This document shows, one piece after another, positions 39,982 through 49,605 of a DNA stretch of 64,000 nt. Position numbers and translations under genes: made by a program. Origin of the DNA: an uncultured virus (IMG/VR IMGVR_UViG_3300043117_000361) (taxonomy: Duplodnaviria > Heunggongvirae > Uroviricota > Caudoviricetes); the IMG/VR virus record IMGVR_UViG_3300043117_000361; one strand, given 5' to 3'. The notes beneath the pieces are model-generated. The model saw only the letters and a program-made list of their open reading frames with translations. It made no database searches and was not told the origin of the DNA. The stretch's first letter is position 1. Each line of letters opens with the position of its first letter.

Positions 39982-40628
39982 TGCCGACTAATATATTCAG
40001 AGGCTCTAGTAAGTATACGCCGCGTACTCTTGGGCAGACCGCTGCCATTAATAACGCGATACGCGGCCTGTCTAATGCCCCTGTTTCCGATATTAAACTT
40101 ATTGCTGGCGGCATGGGTGGAGCTGAGAGTAGCTGGAATACTAATGCTTTAAATGAAGCAGGTAATCGGTATGGTATGTTTCAAATGAGCAATCCGCTTT
40201 TAAATCAGTATGGTGTCACTAATAACAGGGATGCCGCTACGACGGCCAGAGCAGCACTTCAGTACGTGGACAGGCTTAGAGGGCTTACTGCTGAGTCTCC
40301 TTTTAACATAGATAAACAGAATACGTCTGAAGTAGCCTTGCAAAAGTATAATTACGGTCCTTTTCAAAAGGCCTTTAAGACAAGTCCTGAATACAGAAAA
40401 CTGCCTGATGAGACGTTAAACTATGTTAATAGGGTCAGACAGTATGCCGAAGGAGCTGAGCCGGTATTTAAACAGCATGCTTTAAATATAAATGGAGGAA
40501 AAGAACCTGGCAAGTTTATGAAATGGTATAATCACTATAAAGGTACAGAGACAGGAAGCAATATGCTTTCCAGGTTTCAAAAAGAGACGAAGAAGATTCA
40601 GAACAAGTTAAAAAAACAACTAAATTAG
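39981..40628 (+). CDS. Lytic transglycosylase (SLT-like)
   Basis: AESSWN, GMFQM, YNYGP, ETLNYV.RV. Confidence 0.82.
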   Translation: MPTNIFRGSSKYTPRTLGQTAAINNAIRGLSNAPVSDIKLIAGGMGGAESSWNTNALNEAGNRYGMFQMSNPLLNQYGVTNNRDAATTARAALQYVDRLRGLTAESPFNIDKQNTSEVALQKYNYGPFQKAFKTSPEYRKLPDETLNYVNRVRQYAEGAEPVFKQHALNINGGKEPGKFMKWYNHYKGTETGSNMLSRFQKETKKIQNKLKKQLN

Positions 40629-40642
40629 AGGAGCAGATTACA

Positions 40643-40918
40643 GTGTTTTTAAACCTAGACGAATTAGAGCAAACGTTGCTGGAAATTGAAAAGACCTGTG
40701 GGCGTAAAGACAAAGAACCAGCACAGTGCAACGATGTTAAAGATTTAACCTATTATTATGTTGAGATCAATAATCTATTAGAGCGCAAGAGCAATGTTCT
40801 AGATGTTCAGGTCAGGTATCTTAATGAAGCTGATAAGTGTGATAATATACTTTCAGAGATTGATCGTAAAATTGTTAAGCTTAAAGTGGATCTTGCTGAC
40901 GTCATTCTAGGAAAATAA
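40643..40918 (+). CDS. Hypothetical coiled-coil protein
   Basis: GAGGAG RBS, GTG start. Confidence 0.6.
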   Translation: MFLNLDELEQTLLEIEKTCGRKDKEPAQCNDVKDLTYYYVEINNLLERKSNVLDVQVRYLNEADKCDNILSEIDRKIVKLKVDLADVILGK

Positions 40919-40919
40919 A

Positions 40920-41618
40920 ATGCGTAAAAAGGCTAAAATCACTCTGAAAGATGTCGGAACTCTTGCTGCTCTTATGGCTGCTGGATACGGCATTAATACT
41001 GCGTCTAAAGCGTATGTAGACTCAGCGATGAGGGATTTGCCTAAAGCCAGTTTAAAAGATATTGACAAATTGATGGAAGGGTCGGGGATGGAGGCTGTCT
41101 CTATTCCCGGCCTGAATAATGCCATGTATGTTGCTCCTAATCGCGCCAAACAGATTGGGCTGCCTGAAAACTATCATAATAGCGGCATAGTGGCCTATGA
41201 TCCTTCCTTTCGTAATTTAGGCGTTATTGCTCATGAGCTTGGGCATCAGTCTATAGAGAAAACTCCAGGCTTATCCAGGTTTAATCAGAAAAAACTTAAG
41301 CCTTTTTTTTCGCTATTAACGGGTCTTAGTCCTATTGCCGGCTATGCGGCCGGCAGGATTACCGGCAAGCCTTGGACCGGACCTCTTGCTTCCGTTGCCG
41401 TACAGGCTCTGGTTAATACTCCGGGATACATAAATGAAAGTCAAGCTACTCAAATAGCTATTGATAAACTTCGTAAAATGAATCTGCCGCCTAAAGATAG
41501 AGTAAAGTACAGAAAAACTCTTAATAGAGCCAAACACACATATATGTGGCCTGAGCTTTTGTACAGTGCTATCAGCGGTGGGATTCTGGGAACCCTGGGG
41601 GCTGAACAGCATGATTAA
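40920..41618 (+). CDS. Membrane-associated zinc metallopeptidase-like protein
   Basis: IAHELGH, hydrophobic helices, NE..A...A and TY motifs. Confidence 0.7.
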   Translation: MRKKAKITLKDVGTLAALMAAGYGINTASKAYVDSAMRDLPKASLKDIDKLMEGSGMEAVSIPGLNNAMYVAPNRAKQIGLPENYHNSGIVAYDPSFRNLGVIAHELGHQSIEKTPGLSRFNQKKLKPFFSLLTGLSPIAGYAAGRITGKPWTGPLASVAVQALVNTPGYINESQATQIAIDKLRKMNLPPKDRVKYRKTLNRAKHTYMWPELLYSAISGGILGTLGAEQHD

Positions 41619-43458
41619 AACTACTGTTGGAAAAGTTATATTCAATCAGGCCTTACCCTCTGAGTACAGAGACTATACTTCTCTTACTTCAGATGATTTA
41701 AAAGATGTTCTCGACCGTATGGAAAGAGAAATGAGTCAGGACGCGTACCGTAAGGCCACCAAGGACCTTCATCGTCTAGGTGCAAAGGTAGCGTACGAGA
41801 CAGGTGTCAGTCTGTCTATAGACGATCTGGCCAAGCCCCCTAAAACCAGGATGCTGATAGACAGGCTCAAAAGAGATATTAAAAAAGTGTCAGAGTCTCC
41901 CAGGCTGACTGACGATCAAAAAAATAAAGCCATTGTCGGTCTCATTCTTAAGAACCAGGATGCCATTCAGAAAACCATGTTTGACGAGTCAGCAGCCAGT
42001 GGTAACTCTTTTGCCGAGCAGGTCATGTCTAAAGCAAGGGGAAAGCTTTCTGATATGCGGAGCATTATTGTTGGAAATCTTTTAGTGGCTGACAATAAAG
42101 ACAGGGTAGTGCCTATACCTATGTTGAGGAGTTATAGCGAGGGTCTGGATCCTGCTGAGTACTGGGCCGGGGCGTATGGAGCCAGAAAAGGACTTCTATC
42201 TACAAAAATAGCAACAGCTGATACAGGATTTTATGGAAAACAGTTAAAGCAGGCTGCACATAGACTGGTTGTCACTGAGAACGACTGTAAGACCGACAGG
42301 GGTATGGTGGTCGATAGAGAGGACAAAGACAATTTAGGAGCTCTTCTTGCTAAACAATATGGCGACTATCCTGCCGGTACTGTTATAACTCCTGAAGTGT
42401 TGGACAGTATAGAGGATGATGAGATAGTCGTAAGATCCCCTGTGACATGCAATGCAGCCGCAGGAGTCTGTTCCAGGTGTGCCGGAATACGGGAAAAAGG
42501 AGGATTTCCTGATATCGGTGAGAACGTAGGTATGTCAGCTGCACAGGCAGTTGCTGAGCCCACGACTCAGATGGCTCTTAATGTTAAGCACCAGGGTGGA
42601 CGCATAGATAAGGAGAAAAAAGGGGACGAGCCAAGTGGATTTGAGCTTGTTAATCAGCTTATACAGGTTCCTAAATCTTTCAGGGGAGCTGCTGCTGTCT
42701 CATCAAAAGACGGTACAGTGACTAAAATTGAAGATTCTCCTCAGGGGGGCAAGTATATTTATGTAAGCGGTCAAAAGCACCATATTAATCAGGGTTTTGA
42801 TCCTGTGGTAAAAGAAGGTGACAGGGTTTACTCCGGAGATGTTCTGTCAACCGGCATTCCTAATCCGTCGGATCTTGTTAAGTACAAGGGGCTTGGTGAA
42901 GGCAGAAGGGAATTTATACGTTTATTTAAAAAAGCGTATACAGATCAGGGCATTAACATAAACAGGCGCAATGTAGAGCTGGTAGCCAGGGGTCTGGTTA
43001 ATCATGTTCATGTAAATGATATTGATGGAGTTCCGGGTTTACCTGGCGACATATTGGAATACTCGTCGGTAGAGAGAAAATATAAGCCCAGGTATGGTAC
43101 CAGACACTTGCCTGTAAGTACGGCCTCTAATAAGTATCTTGAAAAGCCTGTATTGCACTACTCTATAGGTACTCGCATTACTAAACCTGTATTGGATAAA
43201 CTTAAAAAACATAATGTTAAATATGTGGAAGCCCATGACGATCCACCGCCGTTCAATTCTTTTATGCTTAGAGCTTTGGAAAATCTTGCTAAAACTCCAG
43301 ACTGGCAGGCCAGACTTGGTGGTTTTTATTTAAAAGATAATCTTCTTGAAGCCGCCCATAGAGGCAGAGAGTCTAAGATTCACAGCGAATCATATATTCC
43401 TTCTCTGGTTCAGGGTAAGGATTTTGGAAAAAAACTATACACAAAAGGTGAGTACTAG
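41611..43458 (+). CDS. RNA polymerase beta' C-terminal half
   Basis: TTVGKVIFN, SKARG, SYSEGL, GARKGL..T...TADTG, EN.DC, RSPVTC, CSRC, AAQAVAEPTTQM...KH.GG. Confidence 0.92.
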   Translation: MIKTTVGKVIFNQALPSEYRDYTSLTSDDLKDVLDRMEREMSQDAYRKATKDLHRLGAKVAYETGVSLSIDDLAKPPKTRMLIDRLKRDIKKVSESPRLTDDQKNKAIVGLILKNQDAIQKTMFDESAASGNSFAEQVMSKARGKLSDMRSIIVGNLLVADNKDRVVPIPMLRSYSEGLDPAEYWAGAYGARKGLLSTKIATADTGFYGKQLKQAAHRLVVTENDCKTDRGMVVDREDKDNLGALLAKQYGDYPAGTVITPEVLDSIEDDEIVVRSPVTCNAAAGVCSRCAGIREKGGFPDIGENVGMSAAQAVAEPTTQMALNVKHQGGRIDKEKKGDEPSGFELVNQLIQVPKSFRGAAAVSSKDGTVTKIEDSPQGGKYIYVSGQKHHINQGFDPVVKEGDRVYSGDVLSTGIPNPSDLVKYKGLGEGRREFIRLFKKAYTDQGININRRNVELVARGLVNHVHVNDIDGVPGLPGDILEYSSVERKYKPRYGTRHLPVSTASNKYLEKPVLHYSIGTRITKPVLDKLKKHNVKYVEAHDDPPPFNSFMLRALENLAKTPDWQARLGGFYLKDNLLEAAHRGRESKIHSESYIPSLVQGKDFGKKLYTKGEY

Positions 43459-43570
43459 TTAGTGACCCACGGCTTAAGCCGTGTGCTTTCTAGCTTGTTG
43501 TTGTAAGAGCTTATCCAGTATTGTCCGAGCGGTTTAATATGCGAGGCTGAACCGCTTTTGGTGTTGAGCT
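43458..43570. mobile_element. Orphan IS200/IS605-type end hairpin (non-autonomous remnant)
   Basis: GTTAGTGACCCACGGCTTAAGCCGTGTGCTT resembles the CCCACGGCT.AAGCCGTGGG terminal hairpins of tnpB/iscB elements; no ORF. Confidence 0.45.
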
Positions 43571-43721
43571 TAAATTGGGCATAACGAGTGGCATAATATG
43601 ATGTAAAGCATTATATAAATATGCTTTATATTCTTTGGCAGGTGCTGAGGAATTATAGTGAAAAAGCTACGGCAAGTGTCGTAGCTTTTTTATTCAGTTA
43701 GTGCAAAATAAGGAGGAATAC

Positions 43722-44420
43722 ATGAGAGCACTGGCAATAATTACAACACTGGTTATGATGGTCGTAATGGCCCTGGCATATGCGGGGCAACCCGACCAGA
43801 CGTTTGGGGGCTTTATTGAGAAAGCTCTGAATGTCAAAGCAGGGGAATTTAAAGCGACGACTACGTTGCTTCTTCCCGAAGAAGCCCTGCGCTTTATAAG
43901 CAATGATCCGGAAGTGGATCCAGGAGATGTAGAGGAGCTCATTTCCGATGATGAATTGCAGGGAAAAGTTCTGGTGGTTGTGAGCTGCCAGGATGTACTC
44001 AGAGAAGTTGAGTACATCCCAGAGATCAGCTTGACGTATAACGGTAAGCGTGTTGAGCTGGTGGAATCTGAGTCGGTTATGGCCCTTATCACCAAGTCTC
44101 TCATAACGGGTAAGAACGCAGGCATGACGCTAGTCTGCGAAACCAAGAATTCCGGAGAAATTGACTTTACGTCGAAAGGAGTTCTGGTTCTTAAAGTCGG
44201 CGACATGGAAAGGACTATTCAGCTCCCGTATGAGCCGCTCTATGCAACTATACCGTGTCCCGAGTGTGGGTATCTTTGCAGTGGGGCGTGGAAATGGTGT
44301 CCAGGCTGTGGGGCCGATCTAACCGAAACACCGGAAGAACTGGACGAGGAGGAGGAGACTGTCAAGAACACAATAAGTGAATATTGGCAGAAAATAAAGA
44401 GAAAATTCAAGAAGAAGTAA
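43722..44420 (+). CDS. Exported protein with C-terminal Zn ribbon
   Basis: AAGGAGG RBS, signal peptide ending AYA, CPECG...CPGCG. Confidence 0.7.
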   Translation: MRALAIITTLVMMVVMALAYAGQPDQTFGGFIEKALNVKAGEFKATTTLLLPEEALRFISNDPEVDPGDVEELISDDELQGKVLVVVSCQDVLREVEYIPEISLTYNGKRVELVESESVMALITKSLITGKNAGMTLVCETKNSGEIDFTSKGVLVLKVGDMERTIQLPYEPLYATIPCPECGYLCSGAWKWCPGCGADLTETPEELDEEEETVKNTISEYWQKIKRKFKKK

Positions 44421-44426
44421 ATCAAT

Positions 44427-44458
44427 AAGAGCGCAGTTTAAAAGCTGCGCTCTTTTTT
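44427..44458 (+). terminator. Rho-independent terminator
   Basis: AAGAGCGCAG...CTGCGCTCTTTTTT. Confidence 0.75.
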
Positions 44459-44495
44459 ATCGTGTAAACTATTGTGTTCAAACTAGTCAGGTGGT

Positions 44496-44870
44496 GTGAT
44501 GATAAAGGTGGTTGCTAGAAACAAACAGGTTTTCTCTTCATTAGTTAATTATGGTGCTCAGATTGTTGGGACTAATACTCTGGGGGTCCCCGACGCTATT
44601 GTGTCTGATATGAAGACTACAATTTCCAGTTCACTCTTGTTTACAGTGTGTGGAAATTCAAAGTCCTATTACGTTGTTAAAGACACGTGTGTGGATGAGA
44701 AGCCTGTGTTTTTTACTTGTCCTGTGTGTGGAGGAGCCGGTAATACAAGGAGCATCGAAAATGAGTTTAAGAATTTAGGTGCTCATGTTGTTGTTAACAG
44801 TAATGAGTCGTGTCCGGTATGTAAGGGTAAAGGCACGGTACTGCGTAAAAAACAAAGGCCGGCCAGGTAG
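44496..44870 (+). CDS. DnaJ-type Zn-finger protein
   Basis: CPVCGGAG and CPVCKGKG. Confidence 0.6.
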   Translation: MMIKVVARNKQVFSSLVNYGAQIVGTNTLGVPDAIVSDMKTTISSSLLFTVCGNSKSYYVVKDTCVDEKPVFFTCPVCGGAGNTRSIENEFKNLGAHVVVNSNESCPVCKGKGTVLRKKQRPAR

Positions 44871-45021
44871 ACTGGCGGAATAGGCTTAAACAGCTGTAAT
44901 AAGGAGAGGAGGTACGTCTGGCAAGAGCCAGGTTAGGTGTTAAAATCTCCTGGCTCAGGACAGTGGATATTCCTTTTATTGTGAATATTGCCGAAAAGAA
45001 CATAGAGAGACGGTAAACTGA

Positions 45022-45270
45022 TTGCCGGTTCCAATGAAGAAAGGAAATATAATGGACTCGATGTGTGCGTTATCGTCTGACGAAAGGTACTGGATCACAT
45101 TCTGGACTCTTGTGGCGATGGTGATTGTATTGGTGGCAGCTATCGTCACTGCGGGTGTGTGTTATCACAGAAAGACAATGGCTGAAAACGGGTATGAAGA
45201 AGTCACATTGCCCGGATCAGGTGCGGTCTGCTGGCAAAAGATAAGGCCGGTATGTGATATTCAAGAATAA
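45022..45270 (+). CDS. Small membrane protein
   Basis: One TM segment; start probably at 45052. Confidence 0.55.
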   Translation: MPVPMKKGNIMDSMCALSSDERYWITFWTLVAMVIVLVAAIVTAGVCYHRKTMAENGYEEVTLPGSGAVCWQKIRPVCDIQE

Positions 45271-45555
45271 GTTTAAGGAGCAATAGGTCCTGAACAGTGT
45301 ACTATTTGCAGCAGAAGAGTTCTCGTTTTTTCATAGGGCAACCCCTGTCCGACCTCCTTAGCGAGACTCTTCTGCATTACAATATGGAACAATATATATA
45401 TATATGCGATTCGCGATTCGCGAAGACGGCCGAATGGTTGGTGCTGATGGCAGTGGTGGTGTGCTTTTTTTTTATATATTGCTTCATTACATCTTTATAA
45501 AATGGAATAATATAATGAACTGCGTTTGCTTTTTTTACATCTGATTGGAGGTAAA

Positions 45556-46134
45556 ATGTTTGATGATATTTTAGATAACTGGAAAGACGTTGAGAAGGAC
45601 CCACATCCTTTAAACAGGAGAATGAAGTGTCTTAGAGACAATGGTGTCAGAGGCATGAGTACGGAGAATATACGCTTTCTTATAAATGAATTAGTGGCAG
45701 TGTATGCTAAAGGAGGTACATATTTTGAAGTAGGAGTATATTGTGGCTGCAGCTTATTAAGTGCTGTTCTATTTAATGACGTTTACGGCCTGGGTGTTGA
45801 TAATTTTTCTCAGTTTAATAGAAATACAACAAACAAGGATATTGCGTTTAAAAATATAAAAGCATTTAATCAGGAGTGGAAGTGCGAAATCATAGACGCC
45901 AATTTTGAAAAAGATTTTCGCTCTGTGATACGTAATCTTAAAGACTCTGTAGATGTTTATTTTTATGACGGGAACCATTCATATGAAAGTCAGCTTAATG
46001 GGCTTACATGTATGCTTCCTTACCTGTCGGATAAATGCATTATTATAGTCGACGATACTAACTGGGAAAACGTTTATAGAGCTAATAGTGATTTTATCGG
46101 AAAAAATGAAGATTTTAAGACACTGCTTAATTGA
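45556..46134 (+). CDS. Class I SAM-dependent methyltransferase
   Basis: YFEVGVYCGCS, GVDNF, YDGNHSY, IIVDDTNW. Confidence 0.85.
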   Translation: MFDDILDNWKDVEKDPHPLNRRMKCLRDNGVRGMSTENIRFLINELVAVYAKGGTYFEVGVYCGCSLLSAVLFNDVYGLGVDNFSQFNRNTTNKDIAFKNIKAFNQEWKCEIIDANFEKDFRSVIRNLKDSVDVYFYDGNHSYESQLNGLTCMLPYLSDKCIIIVDDTNWENVYRANSDFIGKNEDFKTLLN

Positions 46135-46187
46135 AATAATTGGAAGAGGTATACATTAAAAATGATGTAATTTATTGGAGGAACGAT

Positions 46188-47156
46188 ATGGATTTGCACA
46201 CTAAAAATGAAATGTTAAGTATTTTAAATGAAATGTACAGATATGGCTCTCATCTGTACCGACATATTAGCGGAATTGATGATAATCGTCTTTTGTCCAG
46301 GTTTTTTGAGATGCAGGCAGCTGGAATGGATCTTTATAGAATAATCAGTGACTATTCTATAGAAGAGCCTACGCCACCTAGTATAGGGTGTTTTAACGGC
46401 ATTGGAGACCCGTTTATCCTGACATGGTACACTGGAGGGTCCTGTTCCCTTATAGCTGGCAGACTGGCCGAGGTGTTTGATACTATAGAAAACACCAATA
46501 CTATCAATGCTACTCAGCTTAGACTGACGACATGCTCTGATTTTACTGATAAGGCTGGACGCCTGTTTAAGCGATCTGAATTTCAGCCTTGGAATCAGCC
46601 TCGTAAATGGTGGAATTATTTCGAGTATTTTATAGGTGAGTGTAAAGATCTTAAATTGACTTTGCTTCTCGATGTCCTGGACTTTAATACCACACATTTG
46701 TCACCTTTGGATGTGACATCTATGAATTCCTCATTGCTGTATTATTTTGACAGCATAGTGGAGAGGTGTGCGGGAATGGAAGACTGGATTATTATCGGTG
46801 CTAATGAATATACTGTAGATGGAGGCCCCTCTGTAAGGTGGTGCAAGGAGTTTTATAAGTATTTCAGTGATAAGGGTTTTAAAGTTTCTCTGTATGATAA
46901 GCTTCCTTTTAAAGCTGACTATATGCATATTCACAACAATCTGAACTACAGTGGATATACTGTTCCTATTATGAATGAGGAAAAAGTGGATGGAATGCTG
47001 GGAGGAGAGGCCGCGTACTACAGATACGTTGATTTTCTTAAAAAGGCTGTGAACAAGAACATCAATGTCATATTTTCATTCTGGGAATGGGCTTTGTTTA
47101 ATGAGAACTTTGCTCCAAATCAGCTTAGAGCTTTTAAGGAGGTTTTCGGTGGCTAG
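46188..47156 (+). CDS. Hypothetical protein, possible glycoside-hydrolase-like TIM barrel
   Basis: IGANEY, DYMHIH and PIMNEE spaced like clan-A GH strands; weak. Confidence 0.4.
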   Translation: MDLHTKNEMLSILNEMYRYGSHLYRHISGIDDNRLLSRFFEMQAAGMDLYRIISDYSIEEPTPPSIGCFNGIGDPFILTWYTGGSCSLIAGRLAEVFDTIENTNTINATQLRLTTCSDFTDKAGRLFKRSEFQPWNQPRKWWNYFEYFIGECKDLKLTLLLDVLDFNTTHLSPLDVTSMNSSLLYYFDSIVERCAGMEDWIIIGANEYTVDGGPSVRWCKEFYKYFSDKGFKVSLYDKLPFKADYMHIHNNLNYSGYTVPIMNEEKVDGMLGGEAAYYRYVDFLKKAVNKNINVIFSFWEWALFNENFAPNQLRAFKEVFGG

Positions 47157-47333
47157 TGGATTGAGACTGGTTAGATACGCTGCAAAGCTTGTAGTTATTA
47201 CATTGGGATGTACATCGGTTAATTGTCCTTTTAAAGAAAATAGAGGCGAAGATGTAGGAACGTCTAATGTGTGTGGCTGTAAGAATAAGGCTCTTAATCT
47301 TATTGATCTGATTCGTAAAGGGGTTGAGAAGCT

Positions 47334-47591
47334 GTGATCTGCCCTAAATGCGAAGGGGATGGAACTGTAGATGTTCTGTACTCACAAACTAATATACAGG
47401 TTTATCCTAATGATAAAGCAGCCGACCTGGCTGGAGATATTGCCTGTACAGAGGTCTGTCCAGTATGTTTAGGTTCAGGAGATGTAGAGGCATGCCCTGA
47501 ATGTCATGGTTCGGGCAAAGAGGCTGATAGCATGGAAACCTGCTGCGCGTGCGGGGGCAGCGGGTTTCTGCCTCAATTTAAATGCTGGTAG
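47334..47591 (+). CDS. DnaJ-type Zn-finger protein
   Basis: Four CxxCxGxG repeats. Confidence 0.7.
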   Translation: MICPKCEGDGTVDVLYSQTNIQVYPNDKAADLAGDIACTEVCPVCLGSGDVEACPECHGSGKEADSMETCCACGGSGFLPQFKCW

Positions 47592-47631
47592 ATTGTAGAA
47601 AATATAATAATCCTCTAAAAGGGAGCGGATA

Positions 47632-48096
47632 ATGGTTGAGAACGATATGAGGAAGCCAATTGTTGACTGGCTGGCAGCCGATGGTCTGGAGGATGCCCAT
47701 GAATGCCTGTTGAGCGGCTACTGTGATGTTATTGGCTTTCGGTTCCATCCTCGCACAGGGAGGTCGGTGCCGCCACTGGATTGTGCAGTAGCTGTTGAAT
47801 TGAAGATGTCCAATGTCAGGCAGGTAATAATGCAGGCGCAAGGTAATCGTGCATTTGTCAATGCCAGTTTTGCTGCAATGCCCCGGGAGCGCTGTGATAA
47901 GATGCGTTTAAGAACATTGGATAAGTTTAAGCAGGCTCAGGTCGGTTTGCTGTCGGTGGAGGCCGGGCAGGTGGATGTGCTGATCCCTGCTGTATGGGAG
48001 AACGATGGTCGCTCAGACAGACGAGCTAAGACCTGGTGGCGTTGGCATCTTCGGAATCAGAAAAATAAAGGAGCAAACAGCATATGCCAGAAATAG
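47632..48096 (+). CDS. PD-(D/E)XK nuclease-like protein
   Basis: E...CDVIG...AVELK...VIMQA. Confidence 0.6.
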   Translation: MVENDMRKPIVDWLAADGLEDAHECLLSGYCDVIGFRFHPRTGRSVPPLDCAVAVELKMSNVRQVIMQAQGNRAFVNASFAAMPRERCDKMRLRTLDKFKQAQVGLLSVEAGQVDVLIPAVWENDGRSDRRAKTWWRWHLRNQKNKGANSICQK

Positions 48097-48365
48097 ATGA
48101 GATAGCTAAAGAGCTCGCTAAAGAGTTTCGCGTCATTACTAATGGAATAATATTTCGCATTGAGCATCGTGAATGGTGTGGGTACTTATGGTGGCGTAAG
48201 TTAAAGTGGGTGCCTTTTCCTAAAAAGTTATTTTCACTGCCTCGGGTTGACTATCTAACTTATAGCGACGCACAAGATAGAATTAATCGAGAAGTAAGGA
48301 GAATGGCCGCTGATATGTGTGGGTGGCACACTGTAAGTGCTGATTCTCTGATTTTTGAAAGATAA
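48084..48365 (+). CDS. Hypothetical protein
   Basis: AAGGAG RBS. Confidence 0.6.
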   Translation: MPEIDEIAKELAKEFRVITNGIIFRIEHREWCGYLWWRKLKWVPFPKKLFSLPRVDYLTYSDAQDRINREVRRMAADMCGWHTVSADSLIFER

Positions 48366-48381
48366 AACTAAGGAGGAATAA

Positions 48382-49266
48382 ATGTGTAATTTTATTAGTT
48401 GGATTGAAAAGGACAATAAATTATTTTATCTGACGGATAAAGAGGTATTCTCTGCCCATGGCAGAGAAAAACTCTCAGGATGCCGTGACAACGATGTTCT
48501 GGGCCACGGAGCAATAAGAGAATTCTGGGGCGTTAAAGGTGGCACTGAGTATGAGAGACGTGACTTTTGGGCAGAGGAGTTGCCAAAGGAGTTAAAGAAT
48601 CTCATAAAAGATTTTGATGCAAACTTTGGTAAAATGTGGAGAAACGGCCATTCTCAAAATGATGATCTGCGACGTATTGTGCGTTTCGCTCCCAGTAAGT
48701 GGGCAGAAAAAGCATGGCAGCAGCTGCTTGCGCAGGGACCCACTAATAACGATCTGCGACTGATTATATGTCGTTCTACTGACAAACGGGCAGAAGAAGC
48801 GTGGCAGCAATTACTCAAACAGAGGCCCACTAATATGGATCTGCGATATATCATGCGCTTCGCTCCCAGTAAGCGGGCAGAAAAGGCATGGAAACAGCTA
48901 CTTGAGCAGAGCCCCACTAATGAAGATCTGCGATATGCTGTGTGCCACGTTCTCTGTAAGTGGAAAGAAAAAGCATGGCAACGATTACTTGAGCAAAAGC
49001 CTACTAATGCAGATTTGCAATATATTGTGTGTTATGCTCCCGACAAGTGGAGAGAAGAAGCATGGCAACAATTACTCAAGCAGAAACACACTAGGGAGGA
49101 TCTGCGATATGCCGTGTGCCGCGCTCCCGATAAGTGGAGAGAAGAAGCGTGGCAACAATTACTTAAGCAGAAACCCATTGAGGAGGATTTGCAATATATT
49201 GTGTGCCGCGCTCCCAGCAAGTATAAAAAAGAAGCACAAAAGTTGCTTTCTAAGCTTGAAACATAA
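48382..49266 (+). CDS. Helical repeat protein with ~7 copies of a 29-aa repeat
   Basis: DLRxIVxxAPxKWxEEAWQQLLxQxPTN with 87-bp periodicity from 48664 to ~49250. Confidence 0.85.
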   Translation: MCNFISWIEKDNKLFYLTDKEVFSAHGREKLSGCRDNDVLGHGAIREFWGVKGGTEYERRDFWAEELPKELKNLIKDFDANFGKMWRNGHSQNDDLRRIVRFAPSKWAEKAWQQLLAQGPTNNDLRLIICRSTDKRAEEAWQQLLKQRPTNMDLRYIMRFAPSKRAEKAWKQLLEQSPTNEDLRYAVCHVLCKWKEKAWQRLLEQKPTNADLQYIVCYAPDKWREEAWQQLLKQKHTREDLRYAVCRAPDKWREEAWQQLLKQKPIEEDLQYIVCRAPSKYKKEAQKLLSKLET

Positions 49267-49332
49267 TAACAGCGTACAGCCGACAGGGAGCTGCATCCTG
49301 TCGGCTGCATTTCAAACAATTAAGGAGTAAAC

Positions 49333-49605
49333 ATGTGCAATTTTATAAGCTGGATTGAAAAAGATAACAAACTATTTTACTTAACTGATAAAGAGGTATT
49401 CTCTGCCCATGGCAGAGAAAAACTCTCAGGGTGGCGTGACAACGATGTTCTGGGCCATGGAGCAATAAGAGAATTTTGGGGTCTTAAATATGGTTTTGAG
49501 TGTGAAGAAAACGACTTCTGGACAGATGATTTACCAGAGGAGCTGATAAATCTTATAAATAATAAGGAACGAGATGAAGCAATACAATGTGTCGCTCGTC
49601 ATTGA
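49333..49605 (+). CDS. Truncated duplicate of the 48382 N-terminal domain
   Basis: MCNFISWIEKDNKLFYLTDKEVFSAHGREKLSG is identical; the repeats are absent. Confidence 0.7.
   Translation: MCNFISWIEKDNKLFYLTDKEVFSAHGREKLSGWRDNDVLGHGAIREFWGLKYGFECEENDFWTDDLPEELINLINNKERDEAIQCVARH

Noticed and set aside
48664..49250. Diversity-generating retroelement template/variable repeats
   Set aside because: Tandem coding repeats with differences not confined to adenines; no reverse transcriptase in the window.
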